Positions 1 through 14,370 of a stretch of 64,000 nt of DNA are shown here, piece after piece (within the stretch, counting starts at the first letter, position 1; the number at the start of each line of letters is the position of its first letter). The stretch spans positions 383,680 through 447,679 of the forward strand of contig OZ037767.1 of the NCBI GenBank assembly GCA_964035545.1, written 5' to 3'. A model generated the notes under the pieces. That model did not search any database and was not told the origin of the DNA. It was given only the letters and a program-made list of their open reading frames with translations. This stretch comes from Bugula neritina (taxonomy: Eukaryota; Animalia; Bryozoa). The position numbers and the translations under genes are program-made.

Positions 1-321
1 ATGTTTGATCCAATAGGTAAGAGATATAAACATGTACACTCTTGATTAAATAGTGTACATGTTTATAAAATTTGTGAAGAGACGGCAACATTCAATTGGT
101 TTCTTGTTTCAACCAACTATATTGATACTATATTGATACTGTATTGATACTGTATTGATACTATATCGATACTATATTGATACTATATCGATACTATATT
201 GATACTATATTGATACTATATCGATACTATATCGATACTATATTTATGTTGTGTGTCTCTTGCAGTTCAGTCACGAGTCTTGTACAGAGAGTTGAAGAAA
301 ATACGAACTCTAAGGAAGTAG
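1..321 (+). CDS. MRPL33: Mitochondrial ribosomal protein L33 (bL33m), 3' end (exons <1-16, 266-321)
   Basis: AG|GTAAG donor at 16/17 and TTGCAG| acceptor at 265 splice to ...MFDPIVQSRVLYRELKKIRTLRK*, matching the recalled MRPL33 C-terminus ([20 protein letters not shown]). Confidence 0.8.
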
Positions 322-335
322 ACTCTCTCTTCACT

Positions 336-485
336 GTTGCTTAGTAACCAAGCAGTTGCTTAGTTGCCAAGCAGTTGCTTAGTAACCAAGCAGTTGCTTA
401 GTTGCCAAGCAGTTGCTTAGTTGCCATGCAGTTGCTTAGTTACCAAGCAGTTGCTTAGTAACCAAGCAGTTGCTTAGTTACCAAT
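336..485. repeat. 19-bp tandem repeat (GTTGCTTAGTAACCAAGCA) x8, X-box-like unit
   Basis: Read directly, starting 15 nt after the MRPL33 stop; 3 copies are GTTGCTTAGTAAC. Confidence 0.9.
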
Positions 486-2055
486 CCAGTTGAGATCATA
501 GCTGTGGTGGTAATAAACCTGGCTGCTAGTTTCTTTGGTAGTTTTGTACATAGATTAAATACTACACTGTTGTACATCTACTGTATTTGAATCCGTTTCA
601 TATCTTTAATACTAGTAATTTGTGTACAGCAGCTCAGTGAATATATATTGAATTAGAATTTAGAGTAGCTATCTAAATATGCCACTTAATGTTTAATAAT
701 TTGTATGAAGGACCACCGCAGTGTTGGAGTTTAGTTGTAAAAATAAACAACCATCACATACTTGTACTTTCAACTAATTAAATGTGCATTATTAGAAGTT
801 GTCTTCTTCCCTTCATAGTGAACATATTATAACACAAAAAGAGTGATTTATGTCCGTGTAAAAATGCCCTTATTCATCAGTTTATTTATATATAATTACA
901 ACAAACATGCTGTTTAATGCAGAATAATGTGACCGTCACGTCACGTCAAATGCTCTAACAAATTGACTCAAACGCTCTTCACTGGAAAATTTCAGAAATT
1001 TATTTTTGGGTGTTTTGGCAGGTAACTGAAATTTATCTCTTCATTGCACGTTCAGGTATTGGCAGTTTTAAACTGCGTTGAATTAAACAACTAAAAGTTA
1101 AAATTGTTCATAAATTACAAGATTGTTTAAATATTTTATAATCACTCATTCTGCTTGCCCACAATGTTATATAACTCTGTGGTACTCAATATCCTACTAA
1201 TTCCCAGTGCAAATAAAATCCATGATTCAGCTTGAATGAGAAGGAAATTTAATCTATGACATAAGTTGGCAAAAGGAAATGATAACGGGCCTCCACTTTG
1301 TGTACATAGTTACTATGGTGACAAAGCCTTAGCAGCTCACCTCCGTTTTATCATAGCTGACTGCAAACAAATGAACAGCTTTGAAAAAAGTCTCAATTGA
1401 TTTTATTCATTTGAATGACTGGCTAGATGTGAAATCAATCAATTAAAACTGAAGTTAAAAACTGGTGGCTCTTTTGTAAAACATGAATAGCAAATAACAA
1501 CTACACAATGAACTATAATGAGATTAAACAAGTAAGTTATGTAGTTTAGCCTTAGGTGTGAGAGAGAGATACAAGGGTGCTGTACTCACCTCACCTTTGT
1601 GCTTGGAGCACCAGTTATCAGAGTTTTAGTGCGTGCTGTAGTGAATAAATCTCGGTACTGCTTTCACCTCAAAGATAAGGACAAGACTTGAGCAAATGCT
1701 GCCAGTAGATAAGCCATTGCTTGGCAGCGAGAGGTTGATCACTACTCACTCTTAGCATATCCTGTAACAGGTGAGTTTATATTATATCCTATTGCACTAC
1801 ATTATATACTAAATATTATGTTAAAACTACACTATCATTCATGTTATTATATATACAAGAATTATGTTGCGCGATATACATTATGGTTAAATGTTTATAC
1901 TCTATATTGTATACAATATATTATATACTATGCTGTATGCATCTTTTTATAGTGCATCATGCAGTATTTCTCACTTTAAAATTCTGTTTCACACATTACT
2001 TATCCACCTTTTATGCAGATAGACTAAATATATTAGTTTTGTTCCAGCTAGTAGC

Positions 2056-3002
2056 ATACATACGCTATACACTTCAGTAACTTACTGTACATACACTATA
2101 CACTTTAGTAACTTACTGTACATACGCTATACACTTCAGTAACTTACTGTACATACACTATACACTTTAGTAACTTACTGTACATACGCTATACACTTCA
2201 GTAACTTACTGTACATACGCTATACACTTCAGTAACTTACTGTACATACACTATACACTTTAGTAACTTACTGTACATACGCTATACACTTCAGTAACTT
2301 ACTGTACATACACTATACACTTTAGTAACTTACTGTACATACACTATACACTTCAGTAACTTACTGTACATACACTATACACTTCAGTAACTTACTGTAC
2401 ATACACTATACACTTTAGTAACTTACTGTACATACGCTATACACTTCATTAACTTACTGTACATACACTATACACTTTAGTAACTTACTGTACATACGCT
2501 ATACACTTCATTAACTTGCTGTACATACACTATACACTTCAGTAACTTACTGTACATACACTATACACATCAGTAACTTACTGTACATACACTATACACT
2601 TCAGTAACTTACTGTACATACACTATACACTTCAGTAACTTACTGTACATACACTATACACTATATAATAACTTACTGTACATACACTATACACTATACA
2701 CTATATAATAACTTACTATACATACACTATACACTTCAGTAACTTACTGTACATACACTATACACTTCAGTAACTTACTGTACATACACTATACACTTCA
2801 GTAACTTACTGTACATACACTATACGCTTTAGTAACTTACTATACATACACTATACACTTCAGTAACTTACTGTACATACACTATACACTATATAATAAC
2901 TTACTGTACATACACTATACACTTCAGTAACTTACTGTACATACACTATACACTTTAGTAACTTACTGTACATACACTATACAGTATAGTAACTTACTGT
3001 AC
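2056..3002. repeat. 31-bp minisatellite (CAGTAACTTACTGTACATACACTATACACTT), about 30 copies
   Basis: Direct reading; the unit contains the inverted repeat CAGTAA-C-TTACTG. Confidence 0.95.
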
Positions 3003-3018
3003 AATACAGTATATATCG

Positions 3019-3662
3019 TATATCTGTATGCAGATTATACTCTCTCTACAAAGTATTATATATCTGTATGCAGATTATACTCTCTCTACAAAGTATTATA
3101 TATCTGTATGCAGATTATACTCTCTCTACAAAGTATTATATATCTGTATGCAGATTATACTCTCTCTACATAGTATTATATATCTGTATGCAGATTATAC
3201 TTTCTCTACAAAGTATTATATATCTGTATGCAGATTATACTCTCTCTACATAGTGTTATATATCTGTATGCAGATTATACTCTCTCTACAAAGTATTATA
3301 TATCTGTATGCAGATTATACTCTCTCTACAAAGTATTATATATCTGTATGCAGATTATACTCTCTCTACAAAGTATTATATATCTGTATGCAGATTATAC
3401 TCTCTCTACAAAGTATTATATATCTGTATGCAGATTATACTCTCTCTACATAGTATTATATATCTGTATGCAGATTATACTCTCTCTACATAGTATTATA
3501 TATCTGTATGCAGATTATACTCTCTCTACAAAGTATTATATATCTGTATGCAGATTATACTCTCTCTACATAGTATTATATATCTGTATGCAGATTATAC
3601 TCTCTCTACAAAGTATTATATATCTGTATGCAGATTATACTCTCTCTACATAGTATTATATA
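3019..3662. repeat. 40-bp minisatellite x16
   Basis: TATATCTGTATGCAGATTATACTCTCTCTACAAAGTATTA; source of the spurious ORFs 3028-3653. Confidence 0.95.
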
Positions 3663-4851
3663 TATAGAGAGAGAGCAACATTGTTTAAACTACTCAATTA
3701 ACCCGGTAAATAATTCTTCACAATTAATATTCTGTTTATAAAACTGTCAGACTTACACTGCCATTGAGCTGGTAATTAATGTCTAAATTGAATTAGTTGG
3801 AAAAATATTCCAAGGAGTATATCTACATTAGCTGCATGCATGTAGGGAATTTCAAGTTCTAAAAATAGATTATATAAAAGAAATTATTTGTTTGTTCAAC
3901 TCAACCCAGCTACTTGAAGCAAACTTTCCATTATTATGAAAATTCAATTAACTTATGAATTCATCTGTTGCTGGAACTCGTATGCACTTTTCCTGATATA
4001 CATAACATTATATGAACCATACAAAATTCTCTCCCTAAACCTTTCTATATACAGTCTATGTATTATAATCTACTATTATGAATAAAATCTAGTATTAGTA
4101 GTACAATCTACGTCAATTGTATAACAACTGCAAAGTTTCCCAGCTATATAGATATAATTTAATCTGTTAGAGTTATCTCCCATGTCAGCATCATTATATC
4201 CACTAGCCTAGTACAATAGGATATACCATTTCCTATTTGCATATCATTGTTTTGTGAAAATGCACCACTTGTTAGTCTATATATTGCCTATAACAGTGTG
4301 TATGCAGAAATATGGCTTTAGTATACACACATGGTAATGGGGTTTCTGTCAATGCCACCCCTATTACTATGGTTAGAATCAGGTACAGAGTCTATCACCA
4401 AAGCTAAATACAACAACTAGTATACTAAGCAAAGGCATGTTTTAATGCCCCTATTATCTCAGCCCATTAACATAAATACAATAATATAAGCCCATATAAA
4501 TATATTTATTAAGTTATATTTACTCAAGTATAAAAATAGAGATGAGAACAATCAGCCTATTGATGGTAATGTGATGATATAAGTAGAGGAGTGGAGGTGA
4601 TATACCACTTGAATATAAACCTTAGTGTAGATATTACACTTCTTTATATACTCATAGCATAGGGTATAGCTTTACTCAGCTTGCTTTCTCTAACCTTACA
4701 TAGATAATAAGATACAGTATAGCTATACCAAGTTGTCTTATAGCTAGTTGACACTACACACTGTTGCTATAGCAGTAAGATAAGTCCGTGGGGTAGGTTA
4801 GCCTAGCATTGAGCTCTATCAATATCTCACAGAGCTCTATCACACACCATC

Positions 4852-6701
4852 ATGTCACTCTCAGCTAGCAAACAGGGTAATATGTCACAACGAGCTCGAC
4901 GCTCCTTGCCTGAGCTCGGACAAGTTCGGAGTAACGGGTTTAGGAGAGCTTCATTGCAAGGTAGATATAATGTAATGAGTACAAGGTAGGTTATACACAA
5001 GGTAGGTTATATACAAGGTAGGTTAGAAACAAGGTAGGTTGTATACAAAGTAGGTTAAATACAAGGTAGGTTAAATACAAGGTAGGTTAAATACAAGGTA
5101 GGTTAAATACAAGGTTGGTAGTATACAAGGTAGATATGTTAATGGCATGCTAGTGAATAGGAGAAATTATTCTACATATTTACTTCTTATGACATCAGAA
5201 CTGACCTTCACCTTTCAAGTTATTATCAGTGTGAGTAATAAAACATAGTAGTAGTCAAGTGTAGTGTATACCTATATAATACTAGTGTAGTATATACGTA
5301 TATAATATCGATATAGTATATACATATATAATATCAATATACTATATATTACAGATAGAGCAAACAGAAAGTCTGAGAGTGTACGGACAAAGGAGAGAGT
5401 AGAAGAGGGGGTTACAGAGAGTAGTAACTGTGAGAACAGCAACTGTGAGAGTAGAGAGAGAATGTATATCATAGTGAAATACGCTAACAACAGGTCACTT
5501 ATAGTGAACCCAATGTGCTCCGTTGTCAATCTTCTCTCTTCCATAAAGTCAAGGACTGGACATGAAGATAACAAGGATATGTTGATAGACCTATCTGATG
5601 AAACAGGTGCGTACTAACTACATAGTAACTACAGTGTATCTACATAGTAACTACAGTGTATCTACATTGTAACTACAGTGTATCTACATAGTATCTACAC
5701 ACTAACTACAGTGTATCTACACACTAACTACAGTGTATCTACATAGCTATCTACATAGTAACCACAGTGTATCTACAGTGTAACTACAGTATATCTACAC
5801 ACTAACTACAGTGTATCTACATAGCTAACAACTGGGTATATCCACACAAGATGGGGTTGACATGAACCCTGGAATACACTCAATTCATGCTGCAAGTTGG
5901 GTAATGTTCAGTCAGCTGTCTGTAACTAAATTGCAGCTTGTGTAAATAAATGTTTGATAATATTTTAAAGGAAAATAATTGCATTTACTAATGCATGCTG
6001 AGTAAACAGTACTATTTCAGTAAGGTATTGTATCAGTTTCGCTATGGACTTTGTTGTTGCAAGGTTAACACAATATCTGTCAATTTCTAAACGTGACAAA
6101 GTCAACACTAATACCAGTGCTTACTTTTGTTACGAGAAATTGCCTTGAAAATATTCACACTTGATTATAAAAACTGAAGAGAGTTGAGTTTCCTTAAGAG
6201 TTTTTAAGGTGTTGAGGACCACACTTGGAGCTTTATATTCTAGATTATTGTACCTCTGCAGCGCAAGAGTACTCTGAGTTGTTGCTAAGGCTACTTGGAC
6301 ACTGCTATAACCTTAAGTAAAATAATATGTGTGTTGTAGGGTTGATACAGGACCTGGAAGTGCACGGCAGAGAATACGCTACCAAGTTCCTCAGCTCCCC
6401 TGGCACGTATATCCTCATGAAGAAGGAGGTAGAGGGTGGCCCAGAGACAGCGCTGACTATACAGTCATACAACTATATTCCTCTACTGGACAGCTGCACT
6501 GACCTCTACCCCAACTTCAAGGTGCATCTGTCTGAGGCACAGAAGAAGAAGTTGAAGCCTCCTGGTAAGGTCAACAAGCACCCATCCCCAGCTGGAAAGA
6601 TGCCGACAACCAAAGGAGGCTCTGTAGGCCAGAGTTCAAGGTCACTTGGTGGGCGAGCGCCACGGAGCGGGTCCCGGGGTCGCTCAACATCAAAACATTA
6701 G
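4852..6701 (+). CDS. CXorf65/C22orf15-family uncharacterised protein (exons 4852-4960, 5355-5606, 6340-6701)
   Basis: Phase-compatible GT-AG introns. Core MYIIVKYANNRSLIVNPMCSVVNLLSSIK...IDLSDETG...EYATKFLSSPGTYIL resembles recalled CXorf65 (MFIFIKHGDNQQFLVNTNC...IDLCEQTG...EYASKYL). First exon less certain. Confidence 0.7.
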
Positions 6702-7587
6702 TATATAGGTCTAGATCTACCTTGACACTAGTACATAGGTATACATATAGCGTCTAGATCTACCTTCGGTTAGCTACAAGCCTTGGCATGAAACCAACAT
6801 ACAGACAATAGCAATACTATACTTGAACAAAAAAGCACTAGAAGTTGAAACAAGAACAATTTTCCACAGATTCCAAGTGGGGACACAACTCCTATATACT
6901 ATGTAAACTTGGTAAAAAGGATACTAACATACATGATCGAATATTTTATCAATAAAATATAACATGTCGAGTGCCATGTTATAATAACACTATAACTATG
7001 TATAGGACAATGGAATATATTTCATCATATAACTATGTTCATTGTTTTTATAAGCTTTTTAATATTACAATACCTCTTTACAATTATGCTATTATAATTT
7101 TCATAACACTGATGCAGTTTGACATTTATTTTTATATTATGTAATTAGCAAAATTTGCAATAATCTATTTTTTACTTAAATTGTGTTTTCCAAGAAAATT
7201 TGAGTGCAGGTGGCAAACCTGTAATTATGAGGTACTCCAAGACTTCCGTTTTAATAAAGATTAATATATTTTGACTTTTTTTAAACCCAACATGAAACTT
7301 GTACAACAAACAGTTTTAGAAAACTGATTGTGGACTATACACAAACGAGTCAAATAAGGCAGACATGTAGGCTACTAACAAGTACCTGCTTATACTATTC
7401 ACCTGTCACAAGTACCTGCTCACGCTACTCACAGGTGATGAATAGCAATAGCTCATTATTACTAGCAATGCTCATGAAACAAGTCAAAATACTCAATGTA
7501 TTTGAAGATAAATACTTGTGAATATACAATAATACAGCTCAAAATTTTTGATACAAAACTGCATATTAACAGGCTATAGGCATTACC

Positions 7588-7845
7588 AACTCAGTGTACA
7601 GTAGAACTCAGTGTACAGTAGAACTCAGTGTACAGTAGAACTCAGTATACAGTACAACTCAGTGTACAGTACAACTCAGTATACAGTACAACTCAGTGTA
7701 CAGTTCAACTCAGTGTACAGTACAACTCGGTGTACAGTACGACTCAGTGTACAGTACAACTCAGTGTACAGTACAACTCAGTGTACAGTACAACTCAGTA
7801 TACAGTGCGACTCAGTGTACAGTACAACTCAGTGTACAGTTCAAC
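7588..7845. repeat. 17-bp tandem repeat (AACTCAGTGTACAGTAC) between convergent genes
   Basis: Direct reading, about 15 copies. Confidence 0.9.
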
Positions 7846-8073
7846 CTTTGCAGATATTACAAAACACAGAACTTAAAAAGCAGCTCCTTGTCCTAGCAGC
7901 TTAGAAGTCAATCAATGATCCAATAAAATGTTCAACAAGTCTTTCATCAAAAGGTAGAACTGAGTCTATTTCATCACCAGGTGGAACTGAGTCTATTTCA
8001 TCACCAGGTAGAGCTGAGTCTATTTCATCACCAGGTGGAACTGAGTCTATTTCATCACCAGGTAGAGCTGAGT

Positions 8074-10292
8074 CTATTTACAATAACGATCTGCCTTCAT
8101 CTTTTCCCGCCGGTCGAGCATAACCTCGTGAAGACTGCCGTCACGTTTGGCCTTCTTCAGGTGAGAACGGTCATCCTGGTTGACGCGCAACTTGCGATCT
8201 TGAAAACTTTGAAACTTCTTCCTGTGATATGAATAGTAATATAACTATGAGTATTATAGTAATATAACTATGAGTACTATAGTAATATAACTATGAATAT
8301 TACGGCATGTAATAGACTGAGGACTAAGATACGTACACATAGTTGACCTCGGTATCGTACACTTTCCCTCCTCTTTCCTCAAGGGGTACATTAGCTAACG
8401 GATCCACCTCTCTGTTCAGATTAGATCTCACCTGTAAAACATTATTTCACTATTACTTTTTGGAAACTCAGTGTAGTGCGAGAGAAGACAACTATAACTC
8501 TGGTGTGAAACACAGTGTAGTGCGAGAGAAGACAACTATAACTCTGGTGTGAAACACAGTGTAGTGCGAGAGAAGACAACTATAACTCTGGTGTGAAACA
8601 CAGTGCAGTGCGAGAGAAGACAACTATAACTCTGGTGTGAAACTCAGTGTAGTGCGAGAGAAGACAACTATAACTCTGGTGTGAAACACAGTGTAGTGCA
8701 AGAGAAGACAACTATAACTTTTTATTTATAACTATGAAAAATTACACATAGAAACTATCCAACTATAAACTCTCACTGTTGCAACAGGACACTTGAGTAA
8801 ACAGCGTAGAGATGAAGTGTTAAGATGAAGTGTTGAGATGAAGTGTGGAGATGAAGTGTGGAGATGAAGTGTGGAGATGCAGTGTTGAGATGAAGTGTGG
8901 AGATGAAGTGTGGAGATGAAGTGTAGAAGTGTAGAGATGTTACCTGGACAAACTCGGCAGGCCCTGCTGCCTTACTCTTACACACAATATCCCCCTCTTC
9001 ATCCACCCCCATAAAGCAGCCATTAGACCCGAGGATCGCCATCTTGCCCTGAGACACACATGAACACGTCACATAGACTGACCTGTTTGTGCTAATATGT
9101 GGTCCATCATACACTTCATACAGCAAAATAGCAATAATTCACAGTGATCAACATACAACAAAACCAGATTGGAAGCTTCAGATGAAAAATAGTTAGTAGA
9201 ATACTGTAAACAGTTGCTAGGATACTGTACACAGTTGCTAGGATACTGTAAACAGTTGCTAGGATACTGTAAACAGTTGCTAGGATACTGTACACAGTTG
9301 CTAGGATACACAGCTTACATCCTGAAATATTGGTTCCCACTGCTCCCGCACACCAATAGCATCAGATCGACCTTGAACTTTGCCTTTCTCATCGGTCGAC
9401 AAATATTTCCCAAAACCAGATTTCAGTGAAACTTTCTCAGTGTCGAGGATTCGCAACGCCATGAGGATTTCTTCAGGGGCCGGACCTGAACCTGTATATA
9501 TATATACTGCTGCATCATAGTGTATAGTAAGTGCATAGTAAGTGCATAGTAAGTGTATAGTAAGTGTATAGTAAGTGCATAGTAAGTGTATAGTAAGTGT
9601 ATAGTAAGTGTATAGTAAGTGTATAGTAAGTATATAGTAAGTATATAGTAAGCATATAGTAAGTATATAGTAAGTATATAGTAAGCATATAATAAGTATA
9701 TAGTAAGTATATAGTAAGTGTATAGTAAGTGCATAGTAAGTTATCTCAACATGTAAATATAGAGCGGAATACAAGTTAAAAGACAAACCTTCATCTCTAA
9801 GTGCTCCGACAGTAAACAGACCGTTATCCAGGGCAGAGACGTAAGACTGTGGCCCTATCTCTATGCAAATGTTTCCTGTTATTTCCTCCATTTTATGGCA
9901 CATCCACCAACCACCTACAAGACAACCCAAGGCTAGCTCAGTCAATATGAAGAGTGTATGAGAAGACATGAGAGGTGTTCGGGCTGACTGAGGAGAACAC
10001 AAATCCCTGCACTCTGAAATTATATTGCTTACCATGTTTTACAGCATCTTTATCTCCACCGCTCTTAACAGATGAACTGCCACTTTCTTTGTCGTCCTCA
10101 TGTTTTCTTTTCTTAGCTTTTTTGTGATTCTTACTAACAGAATATAAATTCAACACTGCAGTAAGAAAGGCAGCAATTCGCAGTAAGAAAGGCAGTAGTT
10201 TGCAGTAAGAAAGGCAGTGTTTAGTTCACTTACCTTTTCTTCTTATCTCCTTTAAATAGCAACTTTCCCCCTTTTACCATAGAATATTCCAT
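8074..10292 (-). CDS. FRG1: Protein FRG1 (exons 10292-10234, 10133-10033, 9914-9789, 9491-9319, 9048-8944, 8431-8337, 8221-8074)
   Basis: [15 protein letters not shown]...[14 protein letters not shown]...GPAPEEIL...[10 protein letters not shown]...[20 protein letters not shown]...KKFQSFQD...[13 protein letters not shown]; all introns GT-AG and in phase. Confidence 0.95.
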
Positions 10293-13200
10293 TAGTTTCC
10301 TCTACAACAGCACTGTTTAAAATAAAAACAACCAATTCAAAACAATTTAATTTTTCTATAGATTGAAACAAAATGATATGCTTAGGCTTAGAGTTAGTTT
10401 TACTTCTAGAACTCTTATCTTACTACTTCTTCAATCTCTTTACATAATGATAATCATAATAATATTATTACTATTAGCCTACTATTAAATTTAATCACGA
10501 AGGCTATTTATAATTTATAATTATTATTATTATATTATATTAACATAATATAATAATAACAATAAATACCCTTCGTGATTAAATTTAATAGTAAGCTAAT
10601 AGTAATACGTCAGTAAATGTAAGACTAAGTGTTAGTGTAACTAATATTAAGTACTATAAGTATAAGTATAACAGTATAAGTGAATAACTATATAACATTA
10701 ATGATTAACTATAAGTATAACTATAAGTATAATTATAAGTAGAACTAGAAGGCTAAGCCAGTAGGCCGTAAGGTAACTACTACTTCTAGTAGAGTAGTAT
10801 TAGTAAGACTAAGACTAATAGTAAGGCTATTCTGACTAACTCTAACTCTAAGAGGAAGACTAACAGTAAGTGTAACAGTAACACTAAGTCAGTAACTGTA
10901 AGTGATAAGTCACTAAGTTTACTAAGTCTAGCTTGAAGTCAAACTCAAAGTGTAACTATAACTTAAAAACAATGTAAGTACAATTTTGCTTTTTTTCACT
11001 AAAAGTTGAACTTGATTATGATTTATCATCATCATTATAATACTCATATTCATATTGAAATTCTAATTAGTAATTCACAACCAAGAATCAGAATGATAGA
11101 AATACAGGGCGCAGACATTTTTATCTTTCGGAAATTCTCGCGGTGATATTTAGCACCGCAGGAATTCGCTTAGATAATCGTCAAATGATTTCAACACGAA
11201 CAGTTTTATTTCGTCGGTGTCAGTCTACATAAGTTTGTTAGTAAACAAAACGGCATGAGTTGTATGAAACAGTAAAAAACTGACTATACACCACGCGCCA
11301 ACTAACTTACAGTTACACTGCTTTCTAAAGATCTTTACTCCTCCTGTCTTGCCGTTTTTATAAGAATACTTTTTCAGTCACAGCTGTTAGAGGTAAGATT
11401 TTAAATTTTGTAAATATTAATTGTCAGTTATTCATACCTGCATTATGATTATTATTTAATTTAAAATTCATAGATGATAATGACTATGATAGCCAGCATA
11501 GCCATAGGCATAACTCATAAGTATAAGTGTAACTGTAAGTGTATTACTAACTAAGCATAACATTGTTGCTGTTAGTTGGTAAACCTTAATTTGTAAACTA
11601 ATCAAAGCTAAAATATAAATGTTTAGCAATTTGTATTTGCAATCACGTCTAAATTAAAATTGTAGATTTATACAGTTAAAGTTGATTAATAAAATAATAG
11701 TTGTAGAATTGCCAATGTAATGTAGCGACTATAAACGTTATTGTATTTGTAATCAATCGTAAATACAAGTTTCCAACTTTACAGTTGGTGTCTTATAGTT
11801 AATGAGATCCGCACTTCACCCAGATACTATTAAATTATTGATTGGTATGGGTATTACTATTAGTAAAGAAATACTGGTTGAACTTTGATTTTATTACTAT
11901 TAATCTAATAAATTCAATACTAAGTTGTTAGTTTGTAGCTTAATTGAAGTGAGTAGCTCATAAGTTTAAGTATCAAGACACATTAAGATGAGCAAATCTC
12001 AGTATAATTCTATAAGTATATAAATTGTCTAACATGAATACATACACTAAAATAAAAAGTAGATTATAAGTTGAGATTTGTGTTGATTTAGTTGCACAAT
12101 CATAGCATTGTCAGCCTCTTAAAATTTTCTCTAAACTTGATTATTACAATATTACTATAAGCCTTATTAGAGTGATAGCTATTGTAACATTGAAGCAAGG
12201 TTACTAAGGGGTAGTAGTTGTGTTAATCAAGTCTAGTAAATTAGAGATAATTATATTTACAAGTAATAAATGTAATTCATGAACCAGACTGCTCTTCTAC
12301 CAGCCCTGAACGAAAAAAAATGGCAGGGCTTAAGTTTAATATTAAACAATTTTTAGTAGAGAAATTCAGTTTAAATTTAACGTGATGAATCAACAGCCAT
12401 TGTCAAATAAACTGGCAGTTTACACAAATGGTAAGATTGGGTAAACACTATTTTAACTACAAAACCTCAATGAAACCTTTATTATTAGCCCATTATGAAA
12501 TATAATAGGCTAAAAATAAGGCAGTGATAAATTGCGAAACAGTTACTAAGATTCTGCTGGTTTGCACCAGGATTTCCATTCCATGTACACTTAGATATGC
12601 AGGTAGCACATACTCTAAATGTGTGCAGGTTATGTGTGTGTACACTCTGCTAGGGTCAAGTATGCAGCTCTCAATGTGGATTTGGGAACCATCCAAATAC
12701 TATCATTGAAAAGAGATTAAACCAATCTATGAAACATTCCTGTCAGCCTTTGGTAATAAAGATGTTATAACCTGTAGTCACAGCAGCTGGCAAGTGACCT
12801 GAAACCCCTATCTTTAGTAACAGAATTAGTAACAGTGTCCCCTTGGATGCTGATGGTAATTAGGTGCTCAGTAAACTCATCACCACTGAGAATCTAATAG
12901 CTAGGCCATGAATGGAATAAGTATAGTATTATATAATAACAGCAGCTGCAGGGCCACCTCTGTTTTACCAAAGAAACTGGCAGATTGTTGAAATCTTAAT
13001 GATTCACCTGAACAGCAGCTGCAAACTGTTCACCTTAAGTTACTCGAGCATAACCTGTAAATAGCATAACCTGTAAGTAGCATAACCTGTAAGTAGCATA
13101 ACCTGTAAGTAGCATAACCTGTAAGTAGCATAACCTGTAAGTAGCATAACCTGTAAGTAGCATAACCTGTAAATAGCATAACCTGTAAGTAGCATAACCT

Positions 13201-14370
13201 CTAAATAGGGTAGAGTCTTCATGCATCATGACTCATCACACTAGTTTCTAAAAATACTACTAATTTGACTAAAACTTCTAATTTTATGTTTTTATGGCAT
13301 ATATGATCCCGGTATCAGTTCAACTACACTAGTGTTTAGAACTACCAATGACACTTGATGTCAAACTATAAATCACGATGAGTGAGAGCAAGTTATTGCA
13401 GGTGTCTGTTTGGCATGTGTAGCAAAGAGTATATAGGTTGGTGCCTGTGCGGTGTGGTACTGTCACGGTTCATAGAATCTTTGACCACTGAATACTCCGC
13501 TACACTTTAGTGTTAAATGTCACACAAGGGTTACTTATTCTACTTTGACAGATGCACTTGAAACTGAATACTAATGTGTTATACTTCAGTCTGTCCCCAG
13601 GCCACCACCTAGTAGATGTAGTCTGTCTCTAGGCCACCACCAACTAGTAGATGCAGTGTTTCTTTTTCTCTGTTTTATGACTAAATAAGCTAAACTATTG
13701 GCGATGGAAGCCCTGGTCTGAATTCTACTGATTATATAAAGTCAAATATATATAGTCTTGCATAGAGACTGACTGACATATATAATTCTGGTTTGTGAAG
13801 TGCTATGAAGTTGCCTATTGCCTCACAGTACTGGTTAGCTCTGGTATTATTTCATACAGTTTATTTTCTATAGAATGAGATAATAGTGAGTGGAGTTGAT
13901 ATTGCATCATTGTGAGTAAGGACTCAGTAAACTCTCCTCAGTTCCTTCAATAGTGAATAGCACTGAGTGGACAGCTATTGTTAAAGTTAAATCAACATTT
14001 AAGTGTCCAATAGGATAAAATAACGTCATGTGGTTGAGATATTGTGTCATAATAGAATAGTGGAGTGAGTATATAATATAAAGTAAACTGCACATTATAA
14101 ATATGTGCAGATGGTGTGTGCAGATGGTGTGTGAAAATATAAAGGAAGTGCATATGTATGCAAATTTCATTGAGTTGAGAGATTTGTAAATATAGGGCAA
14201 TAGTGACTGGAAGAAATTTCCTTTCTTTATGTCCTCAATTATTATTATTAACAGTCAGCTGTGTTTGCTGCTGATCAGAGAGTGCTGTTGGACCACAGCC
14301 AAAGTACTTGGCAAGCTGCCCTTTTACACAGCGCTTGGGGTCTGTAGTGCAGTGCAGGCATGTCTTTCAT

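Noticed and set aside
1588-1770. Possible coding exon with splice signals on both strands
   Set aside because: The frames I translated hit stops; at most a non-coding exon.
2056-3662. CRISPR-like regular repeats (also 40113-40618 and 41272-42001)
   Set aside because: Units are contiguous with no unique spacers, there are no cas genes, and the context is eukaryotic.
6915-6925. GTATCCTTTT (U12-like donor) on the minus strand
   Set aside because: No associated exon or gene; lies antisense in a 3' UTR region.
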